The position numbers were made by a program, and so were the translations under genes. Source: Alphaproteobacteria bacterium (GTDB lineage Bacteria > Pseudomonadota > Alphaproteobacteria > JANSWW01). From it: 64,000 nucleotides of DNA. Positions within the stretch are counted from its first letter, which is position 1. Each line of letters begins with the position of its first letter. Location of the stretch: NCBI GenBank assembly GCA_024743275.1, contig JANSWW010000010.1:145728-209727 (forward strand), in the 5' to 3' direction. The notes under the pieces are model-generated. The model had not been told where the DNA came from. It was given only the letters and a program-made list of their open reading frames with translations, and ran no database searches. Of this stretch, positions 62,054 through 64,000 are shown in pieces.

Positions 62054-62320
62054 AACCAGGCCCCTCAAGGGCTTGGGGAACATTGCCTCGGTTCGGAAAA
62101 ACCCTTGACCTCAAATGGTCTTGGACAGGCCCCATTTCGGCCATGATCGACACCAAGATAGAAAGCATACCCCCAGTAGGCGGGGTTCCGGCGCACCGGC
62201 CCGGTCTCGTCCCATTTCGCCCCCCGCGGACGTGACATCCCTCCAAGGGTCGGTACACCCCCCTCCGGAACCCCGCCACTTTTTTTCGGGGGGACCCCAT
62301 CGAACCCTTAGTCGAACCCC

Positions 62321-63724
62321 TTAATCAATCCCCGGAAACGCCAGGGTCACCTTGAGGCCGCGCCCTTCGGGTCCGCTCTCGAGCGACAGCCGGGCGCCGT
62401 GCATGCCGGCGACCGCCCGCACGAGCGACAGGCCAAGGCCGCTCCCGGGCGTCCGGCGCGCCGCGTCCAGTCGAACGAACCGGTCGAAGACCCGCTCCCT
62501 CGCCTCCACCGGAATCCCCGGACCTTCGTCGGTGATCGACAGGACCACCTGTCCCTCGGCGGAGTCGAGCGCCACCGTGAGGGTACTGCCCTCCGGCGCG
62601 AATTTGACGGCATTGTCGAGAAGATTGGAGACCGCCTGCATCAGGCTGCCGCGATGCCCCCGCACGATCCCATCGTCGGCGATCGCCCGGTCGAGCGATA
62701 TGCTCTTGTCCTCCAGGACGACGCCATAAAGGTCCAGGGCGTCTTCCACCACGGTCCGCAGGCTGACGCCCGACTTCTCCAGCCCGTCGCCGCCGGCCTC
62801 GGCCCGCGCGATGGCGAGCAGCGCCTCGAAGGTCCCGACAAGGCCGGACACCTCCTCCACCGTACGTTCGAGCACCGCCTGATCCTCTTGCGGGTCGCGG
62901 CCCCGCATCAGGCTGAGGTCGAGATCGGACCGCATCCGGTTGAGCGGGCTGCGCAGATCATGGGCGATGTTCTCGCTGACCTCCCGCAGGCTCCGCAGCA
63001 ACGCCTCGATCCGGTCGAGCATGGCGTTGAGCGAGACCGCGAGACGGGTGAGCTCGTCCTTGCCCCGGCCGACATCGATCCGCCGCGTGAGGTCGCCCGC
63101 CATGATATCGTCCAAGGCCTCGTTGATCGCCTCGATCTGGCGGGCCGACCGGCGGGCGAGGAAGATCCCGCCCGCGAGCCCGAGGACGATCACCAGAACG
63201 ATGGAGATCAGCACCGTCCGGGTGAGCTGGCGCTGGATCACCCGCCGGTCGTCGACATCGCGGCCGACCAGCATCCGGATTCCCGGCGGCAGGGTTACGA
63301 CCATGGCGTAGGCGAGCCGGTCCCGGACCCGGTCGTCGGGTCCCTCCCGTTCATAGAGGAACTCGATCCACCCATCCTCGCGGGACCGGACCGTCTCGCT
63401 GGCCGCGTCGGGCCAGGCGCTGAGATTGCCGGCGAGGACCCGTCCACCGGGCGTCATCAGAAGATAGAGATTGAAGCGGTCACGGGCGGCCCGTCGGGCG
63501 ACCCCGCGCTGTAGGCCGGCGAGACCCCGTCTCTCATAGAGCGCGGTCAGCCCCCGGACATCGGCCGCCACGGTCGACCGGATCTGCCGATCGAGCACAC
63601 CGAAGCTCACCAGACCGACGAAAAGCAGCAGGATCGCGGCCGATACCGAGAACAGCACGACATAGAGCAAAGTGATCCGAAAGACGGAGGTGCGGGCCAG
63701 CCGCCGGAGCGACATCGGGATCAC
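62321..63724 (-). CDS. Two-component sensor histidine kinase (two transmembrane segments, HAMP, HisKA and HATPase_c domains).
   Basis: H-box SENIAHDLRSPLN, N-box SNLLDNAVKF, and G-boxes DEGPGIP and GSGLGLSLV. Confidence 0.9.
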   Translation of the reverse strand: MIPMSLRRLARTSVFRITLLYVVLFSVSAAILLLFVGLVSFGVLDRQIRSTVAADVRGLTALYERRGLAGLQRGVARRAARDRFNLYLLMTPGGRVLAGNLSAWPDAASETVRSREDGWIEFLYEREGPDDRVRDRLAYAMVVTLPPGIRMLVGRDVDDRRVIQRQLTRTVLISIVLVIVLGLAGGIFLARRSARQIEAINEALDDIMAGDLTRRIDVGRGKDELTRLAVSLNAMLDRIEALLRSLREVSENIAHDLRSPLNRMRSDLDLSLMRGRDPQEDQAVLERTVEEVSGLVGTFEALLAIARAEAGGDGLEKSGVSLRTVVEDALDLYGVVLEDKSISLDRAIADDGIVRGHRGSLMQAVSNLLDNAVKFAPEGSTLTVALDSAEGQVVLSITDEGPGIPVEARERVFDRFVRLDAARRTPGSGLGLSLVRAVAGMHGARLSLESGPEGRGLKVTLAFPGID

Positions 63725-64000
63725 GGTCCGCCGTCCCCATCCGCCTGCAGACGGTATCCCGCCCCGCGCACGGTGTGCAGCAGCGGGGTCTCGAAATCCC
63801 GGTCGATCTTGCCGCGCAGCCGGCTGACATGAACGTCGATGACGTTGGTCTGCGGGTCGAAGTGATAGCCCCAGACCTCCTCCAGCAGCATGGTCCGGGT
63901 CACCACCTGCCCGGCATGGCGGATCAATACCTCCAACAGCTTGAATTCCCTTGGCTGCAGATCGATTCGCCGTCCGTCCCGGGTGACTTCACGGGTCAGC
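63721..64000 (-). CDS. OmpR/PhoB-family response regulator. Only the C-terminal winged-helix part is in the window; the 5' end lies beyond it.
   Basis: The frame is open to the window edge: ...LTREVTRDGRRIDLQPREFKLLEVLIRHAGQVVTRTMLLEEVWGYHFDPQTNVIDVHVSRLRGKI...TVRGAGYRL. Its stop overlaps the kinase start. Confidence 0.85.
   Translation of the reverse strand, partial: LTREVTRDGRRIDLQPREFKLLEVLIRHAGQVVTRTMLLEEVWGYHFDPQTNVIDVHVSRLRGKIDRDFETPLLHTVRGAGYRLQADGDGGP

Noticed and set aside
58523-62235. ORFs 58523-59839 (minus, 438 aa), 59869-60801 (minus, 310 aa), 60731-62083 (minus, 450 aa), 60772-62235 (plus, 487 aa), and the 5' part of 58747-60741.
   Set aside because: They are antisense to, or out of frame with, adhC, fghA and the LivJ-like gene, all of which have unmistakable family motifs. 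Only the 3' segment 59902-60741 of the 664-aa composite ORF is real.
1-64000. A search for mobile-element hallmarks (integrase, transposase, IS inverted repeats, flanking tRNA) that could delimit the RTX/glycan island.
   Set aside because: I recognised none on either strand. The island boundaries therefore cannot be defined from this window, and it should not be called a mobile element.

Overview
This is a high-GC, alphaproteobacterium-like chromosomal window; the taxon call is an inference from codon style and gene content only. I found no rRNA, tRNA, CRISPR array, transposase or integrase.

Bases 1 to about 52,100 form one large accessory island built around type I secretion. It has three components:
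- Two separate T1SS ABC-transporter/HlyD-adaptor pairs (30809-33957 on the minus strand, 48702-52074 on the plus strand). No outer-membrane factor is visible.
- At least seven RTX-type, signal-peptide-less candidate substrates: an S8 protease with a P-domain, a beta-propeller plus 5'-nucleotidase protein, a cyclophilin PPIase, a CAP/SCP-domain protein, a protein with an unknown head domain, a 1.9k-aa adhesin or S-layer-like giant, and a truncated ORF at the left edge.
- An interleaved surface-glycan or protein-glycosylation locus: nucleotide-sugar dehydrogenase, CapD/PglF-type dehydratase, UDP-glucuronate-epimerase-like SDR, KpsF, two GT4 and two GT8-like glycosyltransferases, three methyltransferase domains, a radical SAM/SPASM protein, a 2OG-oxygenase-like protein, a BNR sialidase-like protein, and three copies of a TPR plus GT9-like module in two large proteins.

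The most interesting signal is a discrete module of five tandem 35-39 aa repeats (core YLxANPD[LV]xxAG...H[FY]xxFGxxEGR). It is shared by six otherwise unrelated secreted proteins. I propose it is either a glycan-anchoring module or a glycosylation acceptor module tied to the adjacent glycan genes. This is inference only.

The right-hand 12 kb is ordinary housekeeping: cobC/cobS/cobT, a DUF1330 protein, a PilZ protein followed by two unknown proteins, adhC-fghA formaldehyde detoxification, a LivJ-like binding protein, and a histidine kinase with an OmpR-family regulator that is truncated at the window edge.

Many long ORFs in the supplied track are antisense shadow ORFs typical of GC3-rich DNA, and I rejected them.
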